Part shown: one piece after another, positions 29,178 to 36,882 of the stretch
Layout of the letters: each line of letters begins with the position of its first letter
How positions within the stretch are numbered: the first letter of the stretch is position 1
Source: an uncultured Verrucomicrobiota bacterium
Lineage (GTDB): Bacteria; Verrucomicrobiota; Verrucomicrobiia; Limisphaerales; UBA1319
Assembly: GCA_964458325.1 (NCBI GenBank)
Contig: CAYWIM010000006.1
Span: 9,370 to 73,369, forward strand
DNA: 64,000 nucleotides
Direction: 5' to 3'
Program-made: the position numbers and the translations under genes
The notes under the pieces: model-generated
Seen by the model: only the letters and a program-made list of their open reading frames with translations
What the model was told of the DNA's origin: nothing
Databases searched by the model: none

Positions 29178-31060
29178 TCCGATCCGATCCAGCCTCTCCA
29201 TCCGACAGCGCCGCGCCGCGCGTGGGCGTCTATGTCTGCCAATGCGGAGGCAACATCAGCGACGTGGTGGACACGCGGGTTGCGGCCGAGACGGCAAAGC
29301 TTATTCCAGGGGTGGCGGTGTCGCGGGTGCATTCGTTCATGTGCTCCGAGCCGGGGCAGGCCATGATCGCGGAGGAAATCCGGCGCGAGGGGCTCAATCG
29401 TGTGGTGGTCGCCTCCTGCTCTCCCTTTCTGCACGAGCTGACCTTCCGCACCGCCGTGCAGCGTGGCGGGCTGAACCCTTATTTCTACGAGCCCGTCAAC
29501 ATCCGCGAGCAGGTCAGCTGGGCGCATCATGGCGATCCGGCGGGCGCCACCGCCAAGGCCATCCGGCTCATCGCTGCGGCCGTCGAGCGGCTCCGGCACG
29601 CCGAACCCCTCGAGCAGATTCGCCTGCCCAATCATCGCCGGGCGCTCGTCATCGGAGGCGGCATTGCGGGCTTGAAGGCCGCCGATGATCTGGCTGGCAA
29701 GGGGCTTCCAGTCGTGCTGGTCGAGCATGGCGCCGAATTAGGCGGGCGGGTGGCCGAGCTCTCTGCGCTCTTCCCCACGGGGGAGGACGCCGCAACCCTC
29801 GCACGTCGATTGGCCCAAGACGTTCGGGATAACCCCAACGTCGAAGTCTTTACCGGCGCCGTCGTGAAGGCAGTGTCGGGATTCCTGGGCAACTATGACG
29901 TCACCGTGGGCCCCGCCGCGGTCCCGCCGGAGGATGCCTCTCTGCCTGGCAAGGGCCAGGACTGCAATCTGACAGTCGGCGCGATCATTGTGGCGACCGG
30001 TTTCGATCCCTACCGCCCCGCGGACGGGGAATATGGTTTTGGGCGGCATCCCCAGGTCATCCTGATGCCCGAGTTCATTGCCCTGCTCGCCCGCAGCGGC
30101 GGCGTCGAGCTCCAGTGGCAGGGCCGGCCTGTCCGGCGGCTCGGTTTCCTGCACTGTGTCGGGAGCCGCCAGATCGAGGGCCTTCACCCGCCCCAGGCCG
30201 ATGGCAAGGTCAACGACTACTGCTCGCGCGTCTGCTGCACCACGGCGCTCCATCAGGCCCTCGCGGCCAAGCGCCGCTTCCCTCGCCTCGACGTGTTTGA
30301 TTTCCACCAGGATATTCGCAGCTACGGCCGCGGGCACGAGGAGATCTATCGCCAGGCATCTCAGGCGGGGATTGTGTTCTTTCGTTTTCACGGAGACGCA
30401 TTGCCGGCCGTCGAGCCCGGCGCCCACGGCGCCCCGATCGAGGTTCGGCTCAAGGACTGGCTGACCTGGGGCGAGGAGATCGTGGCGCCGCTCGATCTGC
30501 TGGTGCTGGCCGTGGGCATGATGCCGCGCAGCAACCAGGAGCTGATCCGATTGCTCAAGCTCCCCACCGGCGCCGATCGGTTCCTGCAGGAAGTCCATCC
30601 CAAGCTGCGTCCGGTCGAGACCGCGGTCAACGGCATCCTCCTGGCCGGCGCCGCCCAGGCCCCCATGACGGTCGACGAGGCGCTCGCATCCGCCTCGGCC
30701 GCCGCCGCGAAGGCTGCCGTGCTGCTCGCGCACGACGAGGTCGAACTCGAACCTTTCAAGGCTCGCGTCGATCCGGCCAAGTGCATCGGGTGCGCGCTCT
30801 GCTTTCCCGAATGCGTTTACGAAGGCGCCCTGGTGCGGGAGGATGGCGAGCGCGAGCGCAAGCCGATCACCCGGGCGAAGGTTAACCCGGGCGCGTGTGT
30901 CGGCTGTGGCGCCTGTGTCCCGGTCTGCCCCACCCGGGCCATCGATCTTCAGGGATGGACGTTGGACCAGTTCGAGGCGATGGTCGACGGCCTGCTTTCC
31001 CCGCCGGCGGCCGCCACCGCTTCGCCATCCGAGGCTCTTTCCCATGGCCAACATCACTGA
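29174..31060 (+). CDS. hdrA: HdrA-like flavoprotein 2 (N-terminal Fe-S domain, FAD domain, C-terminal ferredoxin)
   Basis: VYVCQCGGNI..FMCS..ASCSP..NIREQ, GGGIAG, CVGSR..CSRVCC, EVHPKLRPVET, CIGCALC and CVGCGACVPVCP. Confidence 0.92.
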   Translation: MIRSDPASPSDSAAPRVGVYVCQCGGNISDVVDTRVAAETAKLIPGVAVSRVHSFMCSEPGQAMIAEEIRREGLNRVVVASCSPFLHELTFRTAVQRGGLNPYFYEPVNIREQVSWAHHGDPAGATAKAIRLIAAAVERLRHAEPLEQIRLPNHRRALVIGGGIAGLKAADDLAGKGLPVVLVEHGAELGGRVAELSALFPTGEDAATLARRLAQDVRDNPNVEVFTGAVVKAVSGFLGNYDVTVGPAAVPPEDASLPGKGQDCNLTVGAIIVATGFDPYRPADGEYGFGRHPQVILMPEFIALLARSGGVELQWQGRPVRRLGFLHCVGSRQIEGLHPPQADGKVNDYCSRVCCTTALHQALAAKRRFPRLDVFDFHQDIRSYGRGHEEIYRQASQAGIVFFRFHGDALPAVEPGAHGAPIEVRLKDWLTWGEEIVAPLDLLVLAVGMMPRSNQELIRLLKLPTGADRFLQEVHPKLRPVETAVNGILLAGAAQAPMTVDEALASASAAAAKAAVLLAHDEVELEPFKARVDPAKCIGCALCFPECVYEGALVREDGERERKPITRAKVNPGACVGCGACVPVCPTRAIDLQGWTLDQFEAMVDGLLSPPAAATASPSEALSHGQHH

Positions 31061-31355
31061 TGCCCACAAGGCCGCGCTCCGGCAGTTCCGCGAGCGCCAC
31101 AAGCAGGCCGGCCTCGAGCCCGGCAAGGCCGTGGCGCGCTTTCGCCACGAGCGCAAGGCGGTGGAATCCGCTCTGAAACAAGGCCCCGCCACGGTCCCCC
31201 AGATCGCGCAGGCCGCGGGGCTTCCCGCCCATGTGGTGCTGTGGCACCTGGCCGGCATGCGCAAATATGGCGCCGCGCGCGAGGTCGATATGGAGGGCGA
31301 CTATCCCCGCTACGAGTGGGTCGCCGCTTCCGCCAAAACCGCTGCCCCATCCTAA
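31044..31355 (+). CDS. Winged helix-turn-helix protein
   Basis: 103 aa, PATVPQIAQAAGL..VVLWHLAGMRKYG wHTH pattern; overlaps hdrA2 stop. Confidence 0.68.
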   Translation: MANITDAHKAALRQFRERHKQAGLEPGKAVARFRHERKAVESALKQGPATVPQIAQAAGLPAHVVLWHLAGMRKYGAAREVDMEGDYPRYEWVAASAKTAAPS

Positions 31356-31366
31356 TCCATCCTGCC

Positions 31367-32539
31367 ATGGCTCATGTCGTCCAGTCCGATTTGATCCGAG
31401 ACCTCAAAGCGTTCGGTGCGCGCGATATCGACTCCTGTTTCAACTGCGGCAATTGCACCGCTGTCTGTCCCTTGTCGAAGGGTGAGGTGGCGTTCCCTCG
31501 CCGGATCATCCGCTATGCGCAAACGGGGATGGAGGAGCGCTTGCGGGGCTCGATCGAGCCGTGGCTCTGCTACTACTGCGGCGAATGCTCCGAGACCTGT
31601 CCGCGCAACGCCCAGCCCGGCGAGCTGATGATGGCCGCGCGGCGTTACCTGACGGCGGCGTATGACTGGACGGGCCTGGGGCGCCGGCTCTACCTCGATG
31701 CGCGGATCGAGCTGGGCGCCATCCTGGGTCTGGCCGCGCTGGTTATTTTCTTGTTCATGTTGCTGGGCGGCCCGTTGACGACCGAGCTGACGCCGGAGGG
31801 GGGCGTGCGGCTGAACACGTTTGCCCCGGCGCACGTTATCGAACGGCTGGATTGGGGCATGGGCGGCCTGCTGGCACTCCTCCTGCTCTCGAATGTCTGG
31901 AGGATGCATCGCTGGGTCATGAGCCGGGAGGCGGGTTTGAAAGCCCCCATGGGCGCCTACGTGCAAGGATTATCCACGCTGGCAGCGCACTTCTTCACGC
32001 AGAAACAATGGCTGTCGTGCCAATCGGCCGCCGCGCCCGTCGCCAGCAGCCGGTGGTTCAAACACTTCAGCATCTTTGCCGGCTACGTCACCATGTTCGT
32101 CCTGATCGTGGTGTTTCTGCGCTGGTTCCAGACGGACGCCGTGCATCCGGTGTGGCATCCCCAGCGCTGGCTGGGCTACTTGGCGACCGGGGCCTTGCTC
32201 TACGGGGTCAGCAATGCGCTGCTCGGACGCTGGCGCCGGCGCGAGGAGATCCACAAGCACTCGCACCCGAGCGATTGGATCTTCCTGGTGCTGCTGCTGC
32301 TGACCACGGTGACGGGCATCCTGGTTCACATCTTCCGCATCCACGGCCTGCCTTATCCCACGTATGTCACCTACGCGATCCACATGGCCGTGCTCGTGCC
32401 CATGCTGGTGATCGAGGTGCCTTTCGGCAAATGGGCGCATCTGGCGTATCGCCCGGTCGCCCTCTATTTGCAGGAGGTGCTGCGCCATGCGCGCGCCATC
32501 CAGGCTGCGAAAGCCAAACCGGAACCTCAACCCGCATGA
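31367..32539 (+). CDS. QmoC/HdrC-HdrE-like membrane Fe-S cytochrome b subunit
   Basis: CFNCGNCTAVCP and CYYCGECSETCP, then multiple TM helices with His residues and PFGKWAH motif. Confidence 0.85.
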   Translation: MAHVVQSDLIRDLKAFGARDIDSCFNCGNCTAVCPLSKGEVAFPRRIIRYAQTGMEERLRGSIEPWLCYYCGECSETCPRNAQPGELMMAARRYLTAAYDWTGLGRRLYLDARIELGAILGLAALVIFLFMLLGGPLTTELTPEGGVRLNTFAPAHVIERLDWGMGGLLALLLLSNVWRMHRWVMSREAGLKAPMGAYVQGLSTLAAHFFTQKQWLSCQSAAAPVASSRWFKHFSIFAGYVTMFVLIVVFLRWFQTDAVHPVWHPQRWLGYLATGALLYGVSNALLGRWRRREEIHKHSHPSDWIFLVLLLLTTVTGILVHIFRIHGLPYPTYVTYAIHMAVLVPMLVIEVPFGKWAHLAYRPVALYLQEVLRHARAIQAAKAKPEPQPA

Positions 32540-32582
32540 GTCACCAGATCCCAAAGCACTCTGTTTATCTAACCAACCTCTT

Positions 32583-32957
32583 ATGAGCAACGAACCAAGC
32601 ACCAGGAAAATGGCGATCGTCTGCAACCACGCGGACGCCACCGGCGTCATGCCCACACTCATCATGGCCTCCTCGGCCCTGAGCCTGGACTATGAAGTCC
32701 TCGTCTTCTTCAGCCCGACCGGCGCGCCCGCCCTCGTCCAAGGCGAGCTCGAGAAGCTCCGGGGCATGAAGGGGCTGCCCGATCCCGTCAAACTCTACAA
32801 CGATATCGTCCAGCTGGGCGGGCGGATCATCTTTTGCGAGCTGGCCCTGGAAGCAAAGGATATCCGGCGCGAAGATCTCCGGGAAGGCGTCGAGATCATG
32901 AAAGCGCCGCCGTTTCTCATGGCCGCCGAGGGCGCGACCATGACGTTCGCCTTTTAG
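32583..32957 (+). CDS. DsrE/DsrF-like sulfur carrier
   Basis: PTLIMASSALS..EVLVFF, IFCELAL conserved Cys. Confidence 0.83.
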   Translation: MSNEPSTRKMAIVCNHADATGVMPTLIMASSALSLDYEVLVFFSPTGAPALVQGELEKLRGMKGLPDPVKLYNDIVQLGGRIIFCELALEAKDIRREDLREGVEIMKAPPFLMAAEGATMTFAF

Positions 32958-33013
32958 ACGTGCGCCGCAGAATGGCGGCCAGCGCAAGGACCTGAACAAC
33001 TAACCAACACACC

Positions 33014-33370
33014 ATGAAAATACTGATCCTATTCAACCGTCCCCCCTACGACGGGACGGATGTGACTTGGAACGGGCTTCGCTTGGCAGGGAAACTCTTG
33101 GAGGGAGGGCAAACGGTAAGGCTTTTCCTGATGAATGACGCCGTGGATATGGCGCGGGACGCATGCAAGCCGCCAGATGGCTACGACCAGGATCTCTCCC
33201 AGATGCTCCGACAACTTATCGCGCAAGGTGTCCCCGTCAAGGTCTGTGGAACCTGCATGACCCGCTGTGGAATTCACAAGAACGCTCCATACTTCGAGGG
33301 CGCCGAAAGCGCCACGATGACCGCTCTCGCCGAGTGGGTTGTCGACAGCGAGAAGACGATCGCGTTTTAG
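33014..33370 (+). CDS. DsrE/YchN-family protein
   Basis: NRPPYDG..NGLRLA, FLMNDAV, VCGTC..CG. Confidence 0.88.
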   Translation: MKILILFNRPPYDGTDVTWNGLRLAGKLLEGGQTVRLFLMNDAVDMARDACKPPDGYDQDLSQMLRQLIAQGVPVKVCGTCMTRCGIHKNAPYFEGAESATMTALAEWVVDSEKTIAF

Positions 33371-33439
33371 CCTATCCAACCATCTTCCCGGAACGAACCG
33401 CTGTCCAGAATGGATTGCGGCTCGTATGAAAAGGAGCGC

Positions 33440-34084
33440 ATGAGCAAAATCAACCATCTATCCGTCCTCGCCATCGCACACCGGGCCTGGTGGCTTTGGT
33501 CGGCGGGCGCCGCTTTGGGTGCCGTTCTGGCGGGCGGCCTCGCCCAGGCCCAAGATGTGGCCAAGACCAACACAGCCGCAGCCATGAGTGCAAGCGTCCA
33601 TCCCATCGGCCATGTGCGCAGGCAGGCCAGCCGAGCGTGGATCGTCCTGGAACCGCGGTATCAGCCCGGCCTGCGGGGCCTGGAGGGATTCTCCCACATC
33701 CATGTGCTGTGGTGGTTTCATCACAACGACACCCCCGAAAAGCGTGCCACGCTCCAGGTTCATCCGCGCGGAAATCCTCGCAACCCATTGACGGGCGTCT
33801 TTGCCACCCGCTCGCCTGCGCGGCCCAATCTGATCGGTTTGACGCTCTGCCGGATCGTCTCGATCGAGCAGCACGAGGTGGAGATCGAGGAGATCGACGC
33901 CCTGGACGGGACGCCCGTCCTGGACATCAAGCCGTTCATTCCCGCGTTCGACACGGCGAGCGGGGTTCGAGGGCCCGACTGGATCAAGAACGGATTTGGA
34001 CCTCTGCCCGAAAGCCCGAAGGCGGGTCGAAAGCTCTCCGCACCCGGACCGTCGAGCCCAGCCCATCCACCGCCCCGCCAATGA
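33440..34084 (+). CDS. trmO: TrmO/TsaA-family SAM-binding protein with N-terminal signal-peptide-like extension
   Basis: GLEGFSHIHVLWW, GVFATRSPARPNLIGLT, DALDGTPVLDIKP; RBS AAGGAG; hydrophobic N-terminus ending AQA-Q. Confidence 0.87.
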   Translation: MSKINHLSVLAIAHRAWWLWSAGAALGAVLAGGLAQAQDVAKTNTAAAMSASVHPIGHVRRQASRAWIVLEPRYQPGLRGLEGFSHIHVLWWFHHNDTPEKRATLQVHPRGNPRNPLTGVFATRSPARPNLIGLTLCRIVSIEQHEVEIEEIDALDGTPVLDIKPFIPAFDTASGVRGPDWIKNGFGPLPESPKAGRKLSAPGPSSPAHPPPRQ

Positions 34085-34148
34085 ACGCCTGCGAAATGCC
34101 GCTGCAGAACGCCAGCCGCCGCTGGGGGGATCTCGGACGACATCAGTG

Positions 34149-34471
34149 ATGCAAAGCTCATTGGATTGCATTCCCTGTTTCGTGTCGCAGGCCCTGAGCG
34201 TGGCGCGGTTGGGGAGCGCCGACGAACCGGTGCGCGAACGGATTCTGCGCGAGGCGCTCCGGGCCGCCAGCGAGGCCGACCTCAGCCTGCCCCCGGTCCG
34301 GTTTGGCCATTGGATCCATCGGCGCGTCCGTGAACTGACCGGACAGGCCGATCCTTACCTGCCCATCAAACCACCTTCCTGTTCAAAGTGAAGTGTCCCG
34401 TCGTGGCCCGGCATATCGGCGATCCGGTCGGGAATCTGGTCCTGCACCGCAATATCCCCCACCTCGATTAA
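34149..34471 (+). pseudogene. ARMT1-like/DUF89 phosphatase, internally deleted and frameshifted
   Basis: Frame 1 MQSSLDCIPCFVSQAL...ADPYLPIK, then another frame TFLFKVKCPVVARHIGDPVGNLVL (DUF89 C-terminus); the central part is missing. Confidence 0.78.
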
Positions 34472-34518
34472 TTGCATTATGCAATGTAAATGGCAGCTGT
34501 AATCATGCATAATGCAAT
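34471..34518. promoter_or_regulatory. Enhancer palindrome pair TGCAT-W-ATGCA
   Basis: ATTGCAT-T-ATGCAAT (34471-34485) and TGCAT-A-ATGCAAT (34506-34518), centres 33 bp apart, followed by an AT-rich spacer. Confidence 0.65.
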
Positions 34519-34605
34519 TCCTAAAAATGAGTGATTCACCGATTGTAGATCTATATATCATTAGTAAACAGCATATTATATAATTTATTCGTGATGACAT
34601 AAAAT

Positions 34606-34620
34606 GGGCACGCCGTATGC
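34606..34620 (+). promoter_or_regulatory. sigma54 -24/-12 promoter of ORP-like operon
   Basis: GGGCAC-GCCGT-ATGC, 13 nt before ATG 34634. Confidence 0.65.
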
Positions 34621-34633
34621 TTTATATCGAGCG

Positions 34634-35068
34634 ATGACGATTGCCTTGCCAATCTGCGAAGGCCGGATCTCGCCGGTCCTGGATGTGGCATGCCGGTTCA
34701 TGGTCGTCGAGATCGCCAACGGGCGGGAGATCAGCCGGCGGGAAGTGTTGATGGGCGAGACGCAGCCGGCGCTGCTGGTCAAGGGCATCAAGGAAACGGG
34801 CGCCCAGGCATTGCTCTGTGGCGCGATGTCTCAACCGATTGCCCATTGGCTGGAAAGCGCCGGAGTCCGCGTCTGGCCGCATATCTGCGGCGACGCCGAA
34901 GCGGTGCTGCAGGCCTTTTTGTCGGATACGCTGGGGCGATCGGAATTCCGCATGCCCGGATGTTGCGCGGGGCACTGCGGATGGCATCGCAACCGCTTTC
35001 GTCGTCGCGGCCGTCTCCGGCGCAACCCCAATCCAACACCCAATCCAACACCCAAATCATCCCAATGA
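34634..35068 (+). CDS. NifB/NifX-family (FeMo-co binding domain) protein
   Basis: IALPICEGRISPVLDVA, LLCGAMS, Cys/Arg-rich tail. Confidence 0.8.
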   Translation: MTIALPICEGRISPVLDVACRFMVVEIANGREISRREVLMGETQPALLVKGIKETGAQALLCGAMSQPIAHWLESAGVRVWPHICGDAEAVLQAFLSDTLGRSEFRMPGCCAGHCGWHRNRFRRRGRLRRNPNPTPNPTPKSSQ

Positions 35069-35424
35069 AATTTGCCGTGACATCGCAGGGGCCCGACCGG
35101 GAATCGCTCGTCGATCCGCGGTTCGGCCGGGCGCGTTATTTTCGGGTCACTGACACTGAAACCGGCCAGCAGACGGTCGTGGACAACGCATCGCGGGTGG
35201 ATGCGGTCCAGGGGGCAGGGATTCAGGCGGCCCAGGCATTGGCGAGCCTGGGCGTTCAGGCGCTGGTGACGGGCCATGTCGGTCCCAAGGCCTGGGCGAC
35301 TCTTCAGGCGGCGCGCATCGAGGTGTATGGAGTCGATGGCGGCACCGTTGCGCAGGCCATGGAGGCGTTTATGGCGCGAAAGCTTGCCCCGCTGTCGGGC
35401 GCGAATGTGGAAGGGCACTGGTGA
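35065..35424 (+). CDS. NifB/NifX-family protein (Orange-protein/MTH1175-like)
   Basis: MKFAVTS..VDPRFGRARYF, GAGIQAAQ, LVTGHVGPKA. Confidence 0.9.
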   Translation: MKFAVTSQGPDRESLVDPRFGRARYFRVTDTETGQQTVVDNASRVDAVQGAGIQAAQALASLGVQALVTGHVGPKAWATLQAARIEVYGVDGGTVAQAMEAFMARKLAPLSGANVEGHW

Positions 35425-35462
35425 TCCAAACCAGCGTTGAAAATGAGCGAAAGGAGTTCATT

Positions 35463-35867
35463 ATGCCAGGTGGAGATCGAACAGGCCCGATGGGCCAGGG
35501 ACCGATGACCGGCTGGGGGGCCGGGTATTGCGGGGGTTCGGGCCAGCCGGGCTGGCTCAGCCAGAGGCAGGGCCGATGGGCGGGCCGAGGCCAAGGCGCA
35601 GGACGCGGCGGGGGTGGCGGCTGGCGAGGCGGGGGTGGGGGATGGGGCTTTCGCCACTGGTTTCACGCGACCGGATTGACCGGTTGGCAGCGAGCCGCGG
35701 CGAATAGGCCGGCATGGGGCGGGGTAGGGGCTGCGCCTGCCGGAACAGCCGATCTTCCGGGCGCGTCTCCGGATCAGGAACTGGCGTGGCTCAAGCAGCA
35801 GGCCAGCCAGTTGGAAACGGGGCTCGAACAAATCCGCAAACGGATTGCCGAACTCGATCCAGGATGA
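35463..35867 (+). CDS. DUF5320-like Gly-rich protein
   Basis: MPGGDRTGPMGQGPMTGWGAGYC, Gly/Arg/Trp-rich middle, C-terminal coiled coil (ELAWLKQQASQLE). Confidence 0.8.
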   Translation: MPGGDRTGPMGQGPMTGWGAGYCGGSGQPGWLSQRQGRWAGRGQGAGRGGGGGWRGGGGGWGFRHWFHATGLTGWQRAAANRPAWGGVGAAPAGTADLPGASPDQELAWLKQQASQLETGLEQIRKRIAELDPG

Positions 35868-36880
35868 GGATCGCGATTGCGAGCGGCAAGGGGGGGACCG
35901 GCAAAACGACCGTGGCCACCAACCTGGCATGGCTGGCCTCGCAGAACGGCCTGGCGGCCGCGTATCTGGATTGCGACACGGAGGAGCCCAACGGCCATCT
36001 GTTCCTCCGGCCCGCCATCGACCAGCGGCGGGAGATCGTGCGGATGATCCCGCAAGTCGATCCGGCCCGGTGCACCCTCTGCGGCCAATGCGGCGAGATC
36101 TGCCAGTACAGCGCCATCGTTTGTCTGGAACAGAAGGTTCTGGTGTTTCCCGAGCTGTGCCATAGCTGCGGCGGATGCGCGTTGGTTTGCCCGACGGGGG
36201 CGATCACCGAAACGCCCCGCGCATTGGGGGTTGTCGAGACGGGACGCTGCGGCGGGCTCGGGTTTGTCCAGGGCCGTCTGAATATCGGGGAAGTCTCGAG
36301 CCCGCCCTTGATCCGGGCCGTCCGGCAGGCAGCGCCGCCGGCCGATCTGCTGTTGTATGACGCCCCGCCGGGCACGGCATGTCCGATGATCGAAACGGTG
36401 CGGGGCGCCGACTATGTGGTGCTGGTCACCGAGCCCACTCCATTTGGGCTGCACGATCTGCGGCTGGCGTGGCAGGTGATCAAGTCGCTCCAGATGCAGT
36501 GCGGCGTGGTGGTGAATCGCGCCCTGGTGGGCGAGACGGAAGCGCGACAGTTCTGTGAGCAGGCTCGGATTCCCATCCTGGCGGAGATACCGGACATCCT
36601 GGCCATAGCCGAGGCCTACTCGGAGGGGAAGCTGGCGATCGAAGCCGTGCCAGGATTGCAGCGCATCTTCGCCCGTCTGCTGTTGGATGTGACGTCCGCC
36701 GCGGGAGCCAACGCCCTTCCCGAGGCTGTGCAGCGGAGCCTGCGCTCGATCGCCGATCTTCAGGCGGATCCCCCCGGGTGCGGCCGCCCGGCGCCCGGCG
36801 CTCCCTCGTGCATTTTGGCATTGCGAGGGAATCCGCGAGCGCCCAACCGCGCTCGCGCCATCTCCTCTCCGGATCCTTGA
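35864..36880 (+). CDS. MinD-type P-loop ATPase with inserted 2x[4Fe-4S] ferredoxin
   Basis: ASGKGGTGKTT, DCDTEEPNGHLF, CTLCGQCGEIC, CHSCGGCALVCP, DAPPGTACP, VTEPTPFGLHDL. Confidence 0.9.
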   Translation: MRIAIASGKGGTGKTTVATNLAWLASQNGLAAAYLDCDTEEPNGHLFLRPAIDQRREIVRMIPQVDPARCTLCGQCGEICQYSAIVCLEQKVLVFPELCHSCGGCALVCPTGAITETPRALGVVETGRCGGLGFVQGRLNIGEVSSPPLIRAVRQAAPPADLLLYDAPPGTACPMIETVRGADYVVLVTEPTPFGLHDLRLAWQVIKSLQMQCGVVVNRALVGETEARQFCEQARIPILAEIPDILAIAEAYSEGKLAIEAVPGLQRIFARLLLDVTSAAGANALPEAVQRSLRSIADLQADPPGCGRPAPGAPSCILALRGNPRAPNRARAISSPDP

Positions 36881-36882
36881 CC

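Noticed and set aside
27353-32539. Evidence for dissimilatory sulfate reduction or methanogenesis
   Set aside because: No sat, aprAB, dsrAB, hdrB or mcr genes in the window; Hdr/Qmo-like modules occur in many other metabolisms
26712-32957. Selenocysteine recoding in HdrA/MvhD/DsrE
   Set aside because: No in-frame TGA inside these reading frames; the MvhD position that lacks Cys is a TCG serine
35027-35055. 12-bp tandem repeat (cccaatccaaca x2.4)
   Set aside because: Short, encodes an NPTP tail at a gene junction; no evidence of a phase-variation role
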